Assembly (NCBI GenBank): GCA_002269645.1
Contig: NIVC01001834.1
Coordinates: 168,432-232,431, forward strand
Direction: 5' to 3'
DNA from: Macrostomum lignano
Taxonomy: Eukaryota
Length of the DNA: 64,000 nt
The notes beneath the pieces were generated by a model, which worked only from the letters and a program-made list of their open reading frames with translations, was not told where the DNA came from and did no database searches. Below, piece after piece: positions 13,501-25,200 of the stretch; within the stretch, counting starts at the first letter, position 1, and every line of letters starts with the position of its first letter. A program made the translations under genes and the position numbers.

Positions 13501-14015
13501 ATTATCAAATGGTGTCCGACAGTGCCGGCCAAGCTCGCCTATCCAACCAGATGTGGACTCAGCCGGAGCCTGTGTTGCTATGGCAACGCGACTCGCGCAC
13601 CGGCCGCGTCACGGACGCCAATCCTGAGCAGGTGCTCCGCCTGGCAGATCTGATCTGCTCGCCTCGCTGCAGCCGAGAGGAGGCTGCCGAGGGCCGGCCA
13701 TTCCTAGATGGCGAGGCTCCCTGCTCGCGAACCAGGTGGATTGGCTCAGCTGAGGAGACTGCGTACCGCCCGGTGGAGCCGCTGTCAGTCCAGATCAGGC
13801 AGAAGCCGCGCTCTCCTAACCACATGTACCTGCTTGACCCCGTGCAGCCGCACACCCTGTACCGCTCCCTAGCCGGCACTCATCCCAGATTTCCTCGCCT
13901 GCCCGAGACGGCCGAGGCCAGGGCAGCTAATTGGCGATTGAAACGAGAATTTGTTAAACGCGGCAGAAGAAAGGTTGTTAGGAAGCCGTACTTGATCACG
14001 GATGCGTTTCCCTGA
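10552..14015 (+). CDS. MRPS30: Mitochondrial ribosomal protein mL65/MRPS30 (PDCD9)-like; exons 10552-10932, 11737-12164, 12673-13101, 13310-14015, ~647 aa
   Basis: All three GT-AG introns are phase-consistent (0, 2, 2). The spliced protein has an Arg-rich, presequence-like N-terminus, WQLRSRTPL, GDPCEFG and LYASTAAQAFHRGFNWVTDLRLGDRPFVTMSGSFVGDYLKLSAFQLATV, resembling MRPS30 [46 protein letters not shown]. The paralog mL37 is not excluded. Confidence 0.75.
10992..11640. repeat. 23/24-bp minisatellite (ATCTGGCGCCATTGTCTCTTTATG and variants) in MRPS30 intron 1
   Basis: About 27 tandem copies read directly. Confidence 0.95.
12178..12632. repeat. 32-bp minisatellite (CCCCACACCGTGTGATGTCAATGGGAAATTAT) in MRPS30 intron 2
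   Basis: About 14 tandem copies, starting ~13 nt after the splice donor. Confidence 0.95.
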
Positions 14016-14274
14016 TTCTAAGTGGAGTTGAATTGCTTGACAATCGAGAGAAAAGTCTTTGTCAGCTCTTTGGTTTCGAATTTTCATCTGTTTGCCTGCT
14101 TGTTGAAATAGCATTTTTTATAGTTTTTTTAAGTTGAAATATATTTGGCTATGCCACGGGTACTGCTAGTTTCGAAATCAACTTACTACTTGCAAATTAC
14201 TACTTTTGTTGGAACTTGTCTTTCATTTTATTTGTCGCTAACTATTACACCTCTAACACTATGACACCATTCTC

Positions 14275-14790
14275 GAGACCCTAACACCCTTCTTGAGACC
14301 CTGACACCCTTCTTGGGACCCTGACACCCTTTTTGGGACCCTAACACCCTTCTTGAGACCCTGACACCCTTCTTGGGACCCTGACACCCTTTTTGGGACC
14401 CTGACACCCTTCTTGAGACCCTGACACCCTTCTTGGGACCCTGACACCCTTTTTGGGACCCTAACACCCTTCTTGAGACCCTGACACCCTTCTTGGGACC
14501 CTGACACCCTTTTTGGGACCCTGACACCCTTCTTGAGACCCTGACACCCTTCTTGGGACCCTGACACCCTTCTTGAGACCATGACACCCTTCTTGAGACC
14601 CTGACACTTTTTGGGACCCTGACACCCTTCTTGAGATCCCGATACCCTTGTTGAGACCCTGTCTGTATCCCTCTCGGCTCTCATCCTCTGTCTCTGAGAC
14701 CCTGAGACCCTTTTTTAGACCCTGATACCCTTTTTGAGACCCTGAAGCCTTTCTTGAGATCCTGACACCCTTCTTGAGATCCTGGCACCC
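14275..14790. repeat. 20-bp minisatellite (GACCCTGACACCCTTCTTGG/GA) downstream of MRPS30
   Basis: Tandem copies with a 60-bp trimer periodicity, decaying to the right. Confidence 0.93.
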
Positions 14791-16109
14791 TTCTAGGACC
14801 TTATAATCTTTCTTGAAATCCTGACACTAACACCCTTCTTGCGACGCTAAAAGCGTTTTTGATATCATGACACCCATTTTGAGATCCTGACGCCGTTTTA
14901 CCGGCCCTGACCTCTTTCTAAAGACCCTTCCTATGGATGGACCCTTGCGCAGTTGACATAAACTCTTAGACCAACGCATTATTGCATATGCGAAAGTATT
15001 AAAAATCTATTTCAAGTATTGAAGTAGCGCAAAGCATTTTAAATATCTGGTGAAACAGGACTTTTCCTTTCACTTAACTACGGTCTACGGAAAACTGGAG
15101 GCGAAACTTTTACAGCTGTAGTCGTAGCCTGCTACCCCTACCCACGCATATTGTACTTTTAGTAACGAACGCTAGAGAGAAATAATGTCGTGACGTCGTC
15201 TGATTTGTCTGTCCGTCTTCGTAAATTGAGTCCGTGCGACTCGTGCCAGATCCTCCTACACTAACTTGCAGTGCGCGCATTCTCGACCCCCTTATTCACA
15301 TTGCTTAAATGTACATTGCAAACAGACTACAAAGTTGAAACTTGGAATACTTAAAACAAACAAATTTTGCTAGTCTTCGATTGTTGTACAAGAGCCTTCT
15401 ACTGTACCGGATGTGGCAACCCCTTTTGCCTATACTGTACAGCTGACATATAGTTTTTGGTTTGCTTAAAATTGATTTTCTCCTATGGCTATATATGGCG
15501 GAACTGGTAAGGGATAGGAATGGGAAGCCAGGAGAGCAGGGCGGAAGCATTAGCTATTTGGTTTGCAAAACGGCAGGGCAGTTGTTTCATTTAAGCGTAT
15601 TTAGAGTAGTGTACATTGGCAAGCACTCCCAGCGTGCATGAGCCACACAAATTTGACCTTGAAGACAGCCAATCAGCGGACGGCTCGTCTTTAGGAATGA
15701 GTGGGGATAGTGGAAAATGCCGCTGTCTATTTTTAGCATCAAGCCTCTCAGTCTCCTAAATGTACATTCAGTTGTAAAGCAGTTTCGTCAGTTCATTCGA
15801 CTAGACCCCCGGGCTGGCTAGAATAAAGCTTTGTGAAGCTAGAGCCGTATTCATTTGGAATTCCGCTCTCTATATAAAATAGAAGCGTTTTTATTCATCG
15901 CTTTGACTACGCTCTATATCCATAGTGTTGTATTGGCCTGCTTCCTTTCTGCTCTACGCTTCTACGGTTGTTCATGTGAAGTTGAAAGCATTTTATTTTT
16001 ATGCAACCATAGTCGGCAGAAGAAAACTTTTAGTTTGCATTTCAGTTCGTCTTGTTCGCATCAAGTTAGCCTAGGTTTAAACAGTCAATTTACCTAAACT
16101 GGAAAAATC

Positions 16110-19100
16110 ATGCCGCCAATCGAGTTAGAGAAGCTCATCCAAGACCTCGTGTCCGTCGACGGCTCGCTGCGCATATTCGGCTATGGTTCGCTAATTTGGA
16201 AGCCGAACTTCCCGTTTAAAAGTCGCACAGTCGGCTACATCAAAGGCTACGAGAGGCGGTTTTATCAGGGCACGACAACGCACAGAGGCACGCCAGAATG
16301 GGTTAGTTTGTACTTGGCCATGTTTATTGACATTTTTCAAATTCAGTTGTTAAATATTGTAGGCCAATTAAGATTAATTATCAAGAACGTTCATATCTGA
16401 ATGGTTACTCCTCTGGAACACCCCACTCGAAATCCGTGCCCTAATTAATATAGAGGCCTACATGCAATTGACCTCTATTTGACCTCTTAGTCCGTAGCTT
16501 GGATTCCGTTACTTCTAGGCTGTATATCAAGTCACTACTGACTAATGCGCCAAAATGGGGTGTCAGTTATGACTGAGATTCTCATCAAGGCCAAAATGGG
16601 GTGTCAGTCATGACTGAGATTCTCATCAAGGCCAAAATGGGGTGTCAGTCATGACTGAGATTCTCATCGGAGCCAAAATGGGGTGTCAGTTATGACTAAG
16701 AATCTGAGACAAAAGCATATTGGTTACCATATCAATATTTACCTTTTTATTGGATTATTAATTAGCAAAGTGGCTGTGCAATCAGTCATTTTTAGAGTCA
16801 ATCTCGTGGCCGTCAGATAGTCAATCAGTCTGTTTTTGTGCCCACTACATTGGCTAATCAAACATACAGCATGCAGGCTAACTAATCACAGCGCCGTAAT
16901 CCAGCATCCACTTTGCTAATTAAGTTAATGCAATATTTTTATTTGCTTCCGTAAGACCCCTGGATTTATACTTACTTATAGGCTTTTGGCTTAACTCAAC
17001 CTGAACAATCTTATCAGTGCGGTCCAAATTAATACAATATAAAGTGGATTGTGGATATGCGGAGCCTGTCAGTCAGTCAAGTCAATGTTTATTGCATATT
17101 GTATGAAGGGTTCAAGCTCCAAAATCCACGACCCTCCCATGTCGTATGCACGACTATTTGCCCTTACTCAGCGTTAAATCAGCTAGTAAAATAGAATTGT
17201 AACTTTGTTAGTCTGGTTCTATCTCGACATTCAAGTGTTAATGATTATCTTGAATCACGCAAGTGCTTCGTGATGTTTTTTTTCTAACACCTGTCACAGG
17301 TGTGGGAACAATGAGCTATATGGATAGTGCGATTTTCAGAGAAACTCTAATTCAGACCAGTGCGCTCAGATCTAGAGAATTTTGGTCCTAGATTGACTTT
17401 TTGTCGACGTAGCTGACTTATTTTATAAGCGCTACTAAGTAAAACTACTATATGTAAGTAGTATGTAGAGATTAAGAAATGCTATTTTGCAGCTTAAGTC
17501 TAATAACTTTTGGATGTGAGCGTTTCCTATTCTCAATAATTCAATAATCACAACTATGCAAGCTCGATACTTTTATCTTCAATATTTAAGGTTTTTGTTA
17601 TAGTCACTTATTCAAAAGTTTTTGAGCTTAGAGAAACTTTGAGCTTGATCTAAGTTTTGAGTTCAATGAAATTTTGAGCTTGATGAAGTTTACAGCTTGA
17701 TGAATTTTTGAGAATAATGAAGTTTACAGCTTGATGAATTTTCGAGCTTGATGAAGTTTCAAGCTTGATGAAGTTTGAGTTCAATAAAGTTTTGAGCTTG
17801 ATGAAGTTTACAGCTTGATGAATTTTTGAGAATAATGAAGTTTACAGCTTGATGAATTTTCGAGCTTGATGAAGTTTCAAGCTTGATGAAGTTTGAGTTC
17901 AATAAAGTTTTGAGCTTATGAAGTTTACAGCTTGATGAATTTTTGAGAATAATGAAGTTTACAGCTTGATGAAATTTTCGAGCTTGATGAAGTTTCAAGC
18001 TTGATGAAGTTTGAGTTCAATAAAGTTTTGAGTTCAATAAAGTTTTGAAATTGATTAAGTTTCTAGCTTGATGAAGTTCGAGTTCAATATGAAGTTTCGA
18101 GCTTGATGAAGTTTCGAGCTTGATGAAGTTCGAGTTCAATATGAAGTTTCGAGCTTGATGAAGTTCGAGTTCAATCTGAAGTTTCGAGCTTGATGAAGTT
18201 CGAGTTCATCATATGAAGTTTCGAGCTTGATGAAGTTCGAGTTCAATATGAAGTTTCGAGCTTGATGAAGTTCGAGTTCAATATGAAGTTTCTAGCTTGA
18301 TGAAGTTTCAGTTCAATAAAGTTTCGAGCTTGATGAAATTTCGAGCTTGATGAAGTTCGAGTTCATCATATGAAGTTTCGAGCTTGATAAAGTTTAAGTT
18401 CAATAAAGTTTCGAGCTTGAAGTTTCGAGCTTGATGAAGTTCGAGCTCAATATGAAGTTTCGAGCTTGATGAAGTTCGAGTTCAATATGAAGGTTCGAGT
18501 TTGAGGATGTTTCGAATTGTTGAGACTTTGGGTCGAACTTAATGAAATTTCAACTTCAATAAATCAGCTTGACTGCTGCTGGCACAATTACAGCCGGGCC
18601 GAGTGGCCACGCTGATTGAGGCCAAGCCGGGAACAGTCGAGGAAAACCCGTCCAACATTGCCATCACCTCGGGCTGCACATCGCCTCTGGTCTGGGGCGT
18701 AGCCTACGAACTTCGCGGCTTAGCGGACATCCGGTCGGCATTGGCTCATCTGGCCGAGCGAGAGATGATCCTCGGAGGCTACCGGTTCGACTGCGTGCAG
18801 TTCTATCCGTATCTGGGCAGACGGGCCAAGCCCGAGGATGTGGCCGCCGCTGCCTACAGCGTGCAGGTCTACATTGCCGAGCCTGGCAACGATCAGTACC
18901 TGGGCTCTGCGCCTCTGGATATACAGGTGTGTGCTGCGCCTTTATCCCCTCCCAGTCCCTACCTTCATTTTCCCGCTACAGAGTCTGTAAGCACCTCACT
19001 AGTGACTACTCTAGCGACTCTGGGGGTGACTCTTTTGACTTTTTGAGCGACTCAAACGACGTCAATGCGATGGAGAGGCGACTGTCACGAGTCACGAGCG

Positions 19101-19776
19101 CATCACGTGAATTGTTGTAGAATAGTAAAAGAGTCGCAAAAAATCGTCCAAGAGTTGTCGTTTTAGCGCTCTTCTACTGGCTCATTATTGGACTAAATCG
19201 AGTTGTTATAAATGCTACTTGCGATTCTCTCAAATTGATTTTTATGTGACTCTTTGACGACCTTTTTATCGACTTGTACCGTGACATCTCGTCGTTTTAG
19301 AGTCGTCTAGAGAGTCACTTCTTTCCTATTTTACCTGTGTTACCTGCAACGACGCTGTTTGGCCTGGGTACCGTTTGCATCGGGTATCCCCCTTCATTAT
19401 ACATCCATCTCCCTCTGCCTTCTCACTTCTTTCCAATTTGCCATCTTTATCCTATCCAATCAAGGCCTATCAAATCGCTCGAGCGGAGGGCTTCTGCGGC
19501 AGAAACATCGAATACGTGAAAAAGGTGGCGGTCTTCATGCTCGAAGAGGTGCCCAACGGTCAGGACAAGGATCGGCACGTTTTTGAGCTTGTCAGACGGG
19601 CCGAAGCGTTTCTGTACGAAGAGGACGACCTGACTGAGGAGCAGAAAGCTCTGATGCCAGTGAGAGTGCTGTGCCCGCACGGTGACCATCAGCTTCGCGA
19701 GGCCAACGCCAAGTGCACCTGCCAACTGGCTGACCGGCGCTACAGCGACGAGGTGCTGCGTGACGTCATTCTGTAA
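16110..19776 (+). CDS. CHAC: ChaC glutathione-specific gamma-glutamylcyclotransferase; exons 16110-16301, 18594-18926, 19465-19776, ~278 aa
   Basis: Motifs [45 protein letters not shown] (catalytic Glu) and GFCGRNIEY. Both introns are phase 0; the second uses an AAG acceptor at 19462-19464. Confidence 0.93.
16550..16700. repeat. 41-bp tandem repeat (~3.6 copies) containing the 14-bp palindrome TCAGTCATGACTGA
   Basis: Copies start at ~16550, 16591, 16632 and 16673. Confidence 0.9.
17620..18510. repeat. GAGCTTGATGAAGTTT-based minisatellite with ~118-bp higher-order units, in ChaC intron 1
   Basis: The block AATTTTTGAGAATAATGAAGTTTACAGC recurs at ~17703, 17821 and 17938. Confidence 0.92.
19001..19319. 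mobile_element. Candidate MITE (~320 bp) in ChaC intron 2
   Basis: Left end AGTGACTACTCTAGCGACTCT; right end read as reverse complement AGTGACTCTCTAGACGACTCT. The interior is rich in GACTC/GAGTC motifs. No clear TSD. Confidence 0.5.
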
Positions 19777-22280
19777 TTTACCGGGATTTGGAGTCATTCT
19801 AATGGAACCATTGCAGTCTGTTTTTGCGGGATCTTAGCAGCTTGCCTTAGCTGTGCAAATCTGTGGCTCTTTCAATGGAATTTACAGAAACAGTTGGAAA
19901 TCTTCCAAGTACATAGTTCAAGAGTGGAATCTGCTGAACATGTATTATTCTGCTAAGCAATACAATTAGTTTTTCTGGTGCTGGGCATATAAAGTACCAT
20001 ATGAACTTAAGTAACAATTATTTTAAATTGAAAATTGGCTGTTCTAGAGCACTGCTTGACAATACTCCTATAATGTTAATACTATTAACTATATAATTAG
20101 TTCGATGGTCTGCTATTTGAGTTTAAAATGTTTTGAATTTTGAGTTGAGTTACTTTGCTGAATTATCTTAACATATCTTAATTAAGCCGGGAATGACACT
20201 AGTCAGCCATACTCATGTTTGATTTCTAGAACTCTTTGTTTCATGCAGCATTATTAATAATAATTTAATTCATTTTTCTCTTGTCGCCTTGTGAAGCTAC
20301 ACAAAATTGCGTTATAATGCTTCTTTTATTTGTGTATTATTTAAAAGTACACAGCATCTATATTATATTTGATGCAATTCGAAAAAGCTGCTGGATTTTA
20401 AATTACAAGGACGCTGAGTTACTCCCTCTCTGAAGAATGACCCTATATGGATGCAAACTTCTCCGTTCGAAACTGCTTATATTAATTGTTTTAGGATAAT
20501 AACAAATGATTGCTTCAAATAGCTTTTAATTTTTATCCACACTCGTACAATTCGCGTTCATTTTTACTTATATAAATAAGCCTACAGTATTTGTAATAGT
20601 CGTACTCGTATGTAATCAGTCTGAGAAGTTAATTGTTAATGCAAAATATAAAGTTAAAAGTTGATGTTTCCATTGATTCACGTTGGTGTGGATATCGTCA
20701 TTTACGTTGTAAGCTACTGGAATGTTCATACAGTATACAATCAATGTAGATATATGTACAAGTAAAGATTAGATTATATATTCGTCTGAATTGTGTTGTG
20801 TACATGCATGTACATTTTTCGAAGATTAATTAAATGCTTTTTCTCGTATTGGATATGCAAATAAAATCACATACTTCGTGATGCCATTTGCATGTACATA
20901 TACACGTACAAAAAGTGCCTATTATTTAGTATACTGGTGTAAGGACTGTGCATACATACAATAATGATCTTACGAGCGTATCTTACGACTACAAATTACT
21001 ACATTGATTTGTCTAAACCCGATTTTTAGTGAGGGTTAATAGAATAAGTTATGTACAATAAAACAGACTTTCAGAAGGAACTGTGTTGCCATCACTACTA
21101 AAATGGCATCCAAGACATGTATGTAAATCTCCATTTTCTAATTCATAGATAGGATTTTTCTCGCTAAGCTCTTAATGTACTTGAAATTGCTATTTAGTAT
21201 TTTAATGTGATTGTTTTAAAAGCCCTGTGAGATACTATATGATAACTATCAAGCCGCCTTTTTCAGGCTTTTGTCGATGAAAATAAGATTTTGCATAAAT
21301 TAGATGCTAGGCAGTTCCCCGGACGTTTAAAAATCAAATAAAATTATTAAAAATGTGCTTTACCCTGCTAAATATAAACACATAACCAATGAACAGTATA
21401 CACTTCATATGTAAAAATGATTTTTCTATATTATAGGATACGTTTGTTAAAATATTTTCTGACAGAAATAAAATTTACGAACATTTTTAAAAGCTATCGC
21501 TCACGTGTGTCGCTCGTGTCGCGTTTATTGAACTCGTGCTTAAAGATCTTGCAACAGTACTGCAACATAGTTTTCTTAGCTAACAGTTATACTGTTATTT
21601 GCTGTAACCTTCTTTATTGTTATTAAAATTGCTAAATTGTTGCTGTATTTGAATTATCGTGTGCTTAAATTTTTTCGCCAAGCACATGTAACGAACAGAG
21701 TTAGGAAGTTATTGACAAACTTCAGATTCAAATAAAATTGGCTATAATTGTTACGATTTCCGAGGGTAAGGTAAGAATGGAAAATGTTAATAAATTATTA
21801 AATTTTATCAAATTCGAAACAAATAAATAGCACCACTGGCTTTTAATTATATAAGTATAAAAGCCTGGGGTTTATACAGGCATAGTATTAATACAATTCT
21901 AATGCATGTACATGAAACTTAATTCTAGATATGTATAGATATAAATGCATAATATACACTTACGAATGTATAAATACATATTTATCCCCATGTAATATTC
22001 CTACGACACCTTAATGCACAGGGTCTTAATAAAAAATAAATATTTTATTGTAGAAAAACTAAATATTTAATGTTTTTATCAATTCATTTAAAAACAGAAT
22101 ATTTCAATTAAATTTACTTTTAACTCTAGGTGCACATGATTTCGGCTGAATAATGTTGTTATTGACTCTGCTTTTGGTTTTGGGTAAGTTTTTAAACTTA
22201 ATTTCTCTCTTATATTTAAAAGCTTCTTTATTACATATAAGAATACTCAAAAATCTGCCTTTCTTTTACAACATCTACAG

Positions 22281-25200
22281 CAAAAGAGTCTATTAATCAG
22301 AAAATTGGATCTATTCCACTAACTGAATTCAACAACTTGCAAGACATCAGTTGTCAAAAATCACAGTCAGCATTAACTACAGCCTATGTTCAAAGGCTGT
22401 CACTCAGTTCAGCGCAGCACATGCTTGCTGAGGCCATCCCATTGACCTGTCGCCCTGGCTTCAGCCCACTCATTCGCCAAGTCCTGCTCGGTTGTCAAGC
22501 GGAAGGCAAAGCTCGGATTGCCATTTCTAGGCCAAGCCTGGCTCTGGTGGCTGACACCTGCCGTCAGGAGGACATCGACAATTTTGGCAGGCTCAGCGGA
22601 CTGAACGGCTGTCGACTAGCTCTGCAGGACTTTTGCGGTGCCGGCGGGTGTCCTCAGGGGAACTTCACTGCTCAAGTTGACTTCGTCTGCTATAGGCGTG
22701 AGTTAGTTGGAAACATGTCTGTTAGTCCGAAATGTCCTATCGAAATTATGAAAGAAGAGCTTAAACTATTGCTATTGGTACAATCAGAATTGTACCAATC
22801 CCATAGGAAGATCCCACCCAAATTATCCCCACAGAGATCCCAACAAAATTATCCCTACAGTGAGTTCAACTAAATTATCCCCACACAGAGATCCCGACAA
22901 AATTATCCCTACAGTGAGTCCAACTAAATTATCCCCACACAGAGATCCCACCGAAATTATCACCAGTCAGAAATTCCATTGAGATATCCCCAAAGAGATC
23001 CCAATCAAATTATCCCTTTGGAGAGATCCCACCGAAGCTATCCCCTTAGAGAGATCTCACCGAACTTATCCCAACCCAGAGATCCCACCCAAGTTATCTT
23101 ACAGAGAGATCCCATCCAAATGATCCCACACAGAGATCCCACCTAAATTATCCCCTTAGAGACATCCCACCGAAATTATCCCACAGAGGGATCCACCCAA
23201 ATGATCCCCACAAAGAGATCCCACCCAAGTTATCCCACAGAGAGATCCCATCCAAATGATCCCACACAGAGATCCCACCTAAATTATCCCCTTAGAGACA
23301 TCCCACCGAAATTATCCCACAGAGGAATCCACCCAAATGATCCCCACAAAGAGATCCCACCCAAATGATCCCACAAAGAGATCCCACCCAAATGATCCCA
23401 CAAAGAGATCCCACCCAAATGATCCCACAAAGAGATCCCACTCAAATGATCCCACAAAGAGATCCCACCTAAATTTTTACCTCAGAGACATCCCAATGAA
23501 ATTATCCCCTTAGGGAGATCCCACCCAAATTATCCCCCAAAGAGCGCATAAAAATTTCCCTTACTTATCGCATGTAAGTAATTCCCAAACTTCCCCTTTT
23601 AAATAATCCCCAACCATCCCAGGCTCGGGTCGCTACAGACTCTGCAACCAACAACTGACTTTGTCAAGACCCGATCAGCTGATCGAAGCCGCTCCGTCTC
23701 CAACCGAATTAGACGAATCGTGCGACGGTCAACTGAGCATTTCTGAATCGCCGTCAGTCGCTGTACTTTTAACGATACTCGATATGCGTTTGAAGGCGAC
23801 CATTCTGCCCAATTATGGCAGCTATTTTAAGCTGATTCAAGACGGTATTTCACTGCTTCAATTAACTGATCAAGAGGCAGCAAAGCTGCCGACTTATTGG
23901 CCAATTTACTCCAGGAATGCGTCTCAATTGAGGATTCTTTATCGCTACGCTGAACAGCTGGTCGAGTTTCATCCCTATCTGATTCGAGTGCAAAGTTAGT
24001 TGCTGAATGAGGGGATCTGAATAGAAAAGGAGGGGATCTGAATAGAAAAGGAGGGGATCTGAATAGAAAAGGAGGGGATCTGAATAGAAAAGGAGGGGAT
24101 CTGAATAGAAAAGGAGGGGATCTGAATAGAAAAGGAGGGGATCTGAATAGAAAAGGAGGGGATCTGAATAGAAAAGGAGGGGATCTGAATAGAAAAGGAG
24201 GGGATCTGAATAGAAAATGAGGGGATCTGAATAGAAACTGAGGGGATCTGAATAGAAAAGGAGGGGATCTGAATAGAAAAGGAGGGGATCTGAATAGAAA
24301 AGGAGGGGATCTGAATAGAAAAGGAGGGGATCTGAATAGAAAAGGAGGGGATCTGAATAGAAAAGGAGGGGATCTGAATAGAAAAGGAGGGGATCTGAAT
24401 AGAAAATGGGGGATCTGAATAGAAAATGGGGGATCTGAATAGAAAAGGAGGGGATCTGAATAGAAAATGGGGGATCTGAAAAGAAAAGGAGGGGATCTGA
24501 ATAGAAAATGGGGGATCTGAAAAGAAAAGGAGGGGATCTGAATAGAAAATGGGGGATCTGAATAGAAACTGAGGGGATCTAAATAGAAAAGGAGGGGATC
24601 TGAATAGAAAAGGAGGGGATCTGAACAGAAACTGAGGGGATCTGAATAGAAAATGGGGGATCTGAATAGAAAATGGGGGATTTGAACCGTCAGCTATGCA
24701 TAATACTATCACTTATCTGCATCCTTGCAGAAGCATGTCATCTGCCTCAAACTCGATGGCCGTTAGAAAAATTCAACGACAACAATGTCAGTGTACTGGC
24801 TGTGTGTCAGGATAAGAACTCTGATACAATACGCATGCTAATAGGATTATCATCCACGGGTACAGACAGTCTGAAGGTGACATACAGGTGTCACTCGGAC
24901 ACTGGCGATCCCATTGGCCCAGCGTCAGTCTGTTTGTACCGCTACGGGCCTACGACTGATTGCGTTCGGATGTCTGTGTTAGATTCTAGTAACATTGGCC
25001 ATGGCCGTAACCGTAGCGTTGATGGTGAGTTAATTTTGTCTGCATTTTAACGTCTATGTTCGACGGGAATAACTAGATTGTCTGGGAAGCTGGCCCAGCA
25101 ACTAATGGTCTGAGAAGCAGGTGCAGAAGCTGAGGATCTGGGAGGCTGGGCCAGCGAGTGATACTCTGGGAGGCTGGCCCAGCAACTGAGGATCTGGGAA

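Noticed and set aside
21726-21765. Candidate upstream micro-exon of the membrane-protein gene (IQIKLAIIVTISE, phase-1 donor GTAAG)
   Set aside because: Phase-compatible and mildly hydrophobic, but only 40 nt with a weak acceptor and no start codon; not supportable without RNA data.
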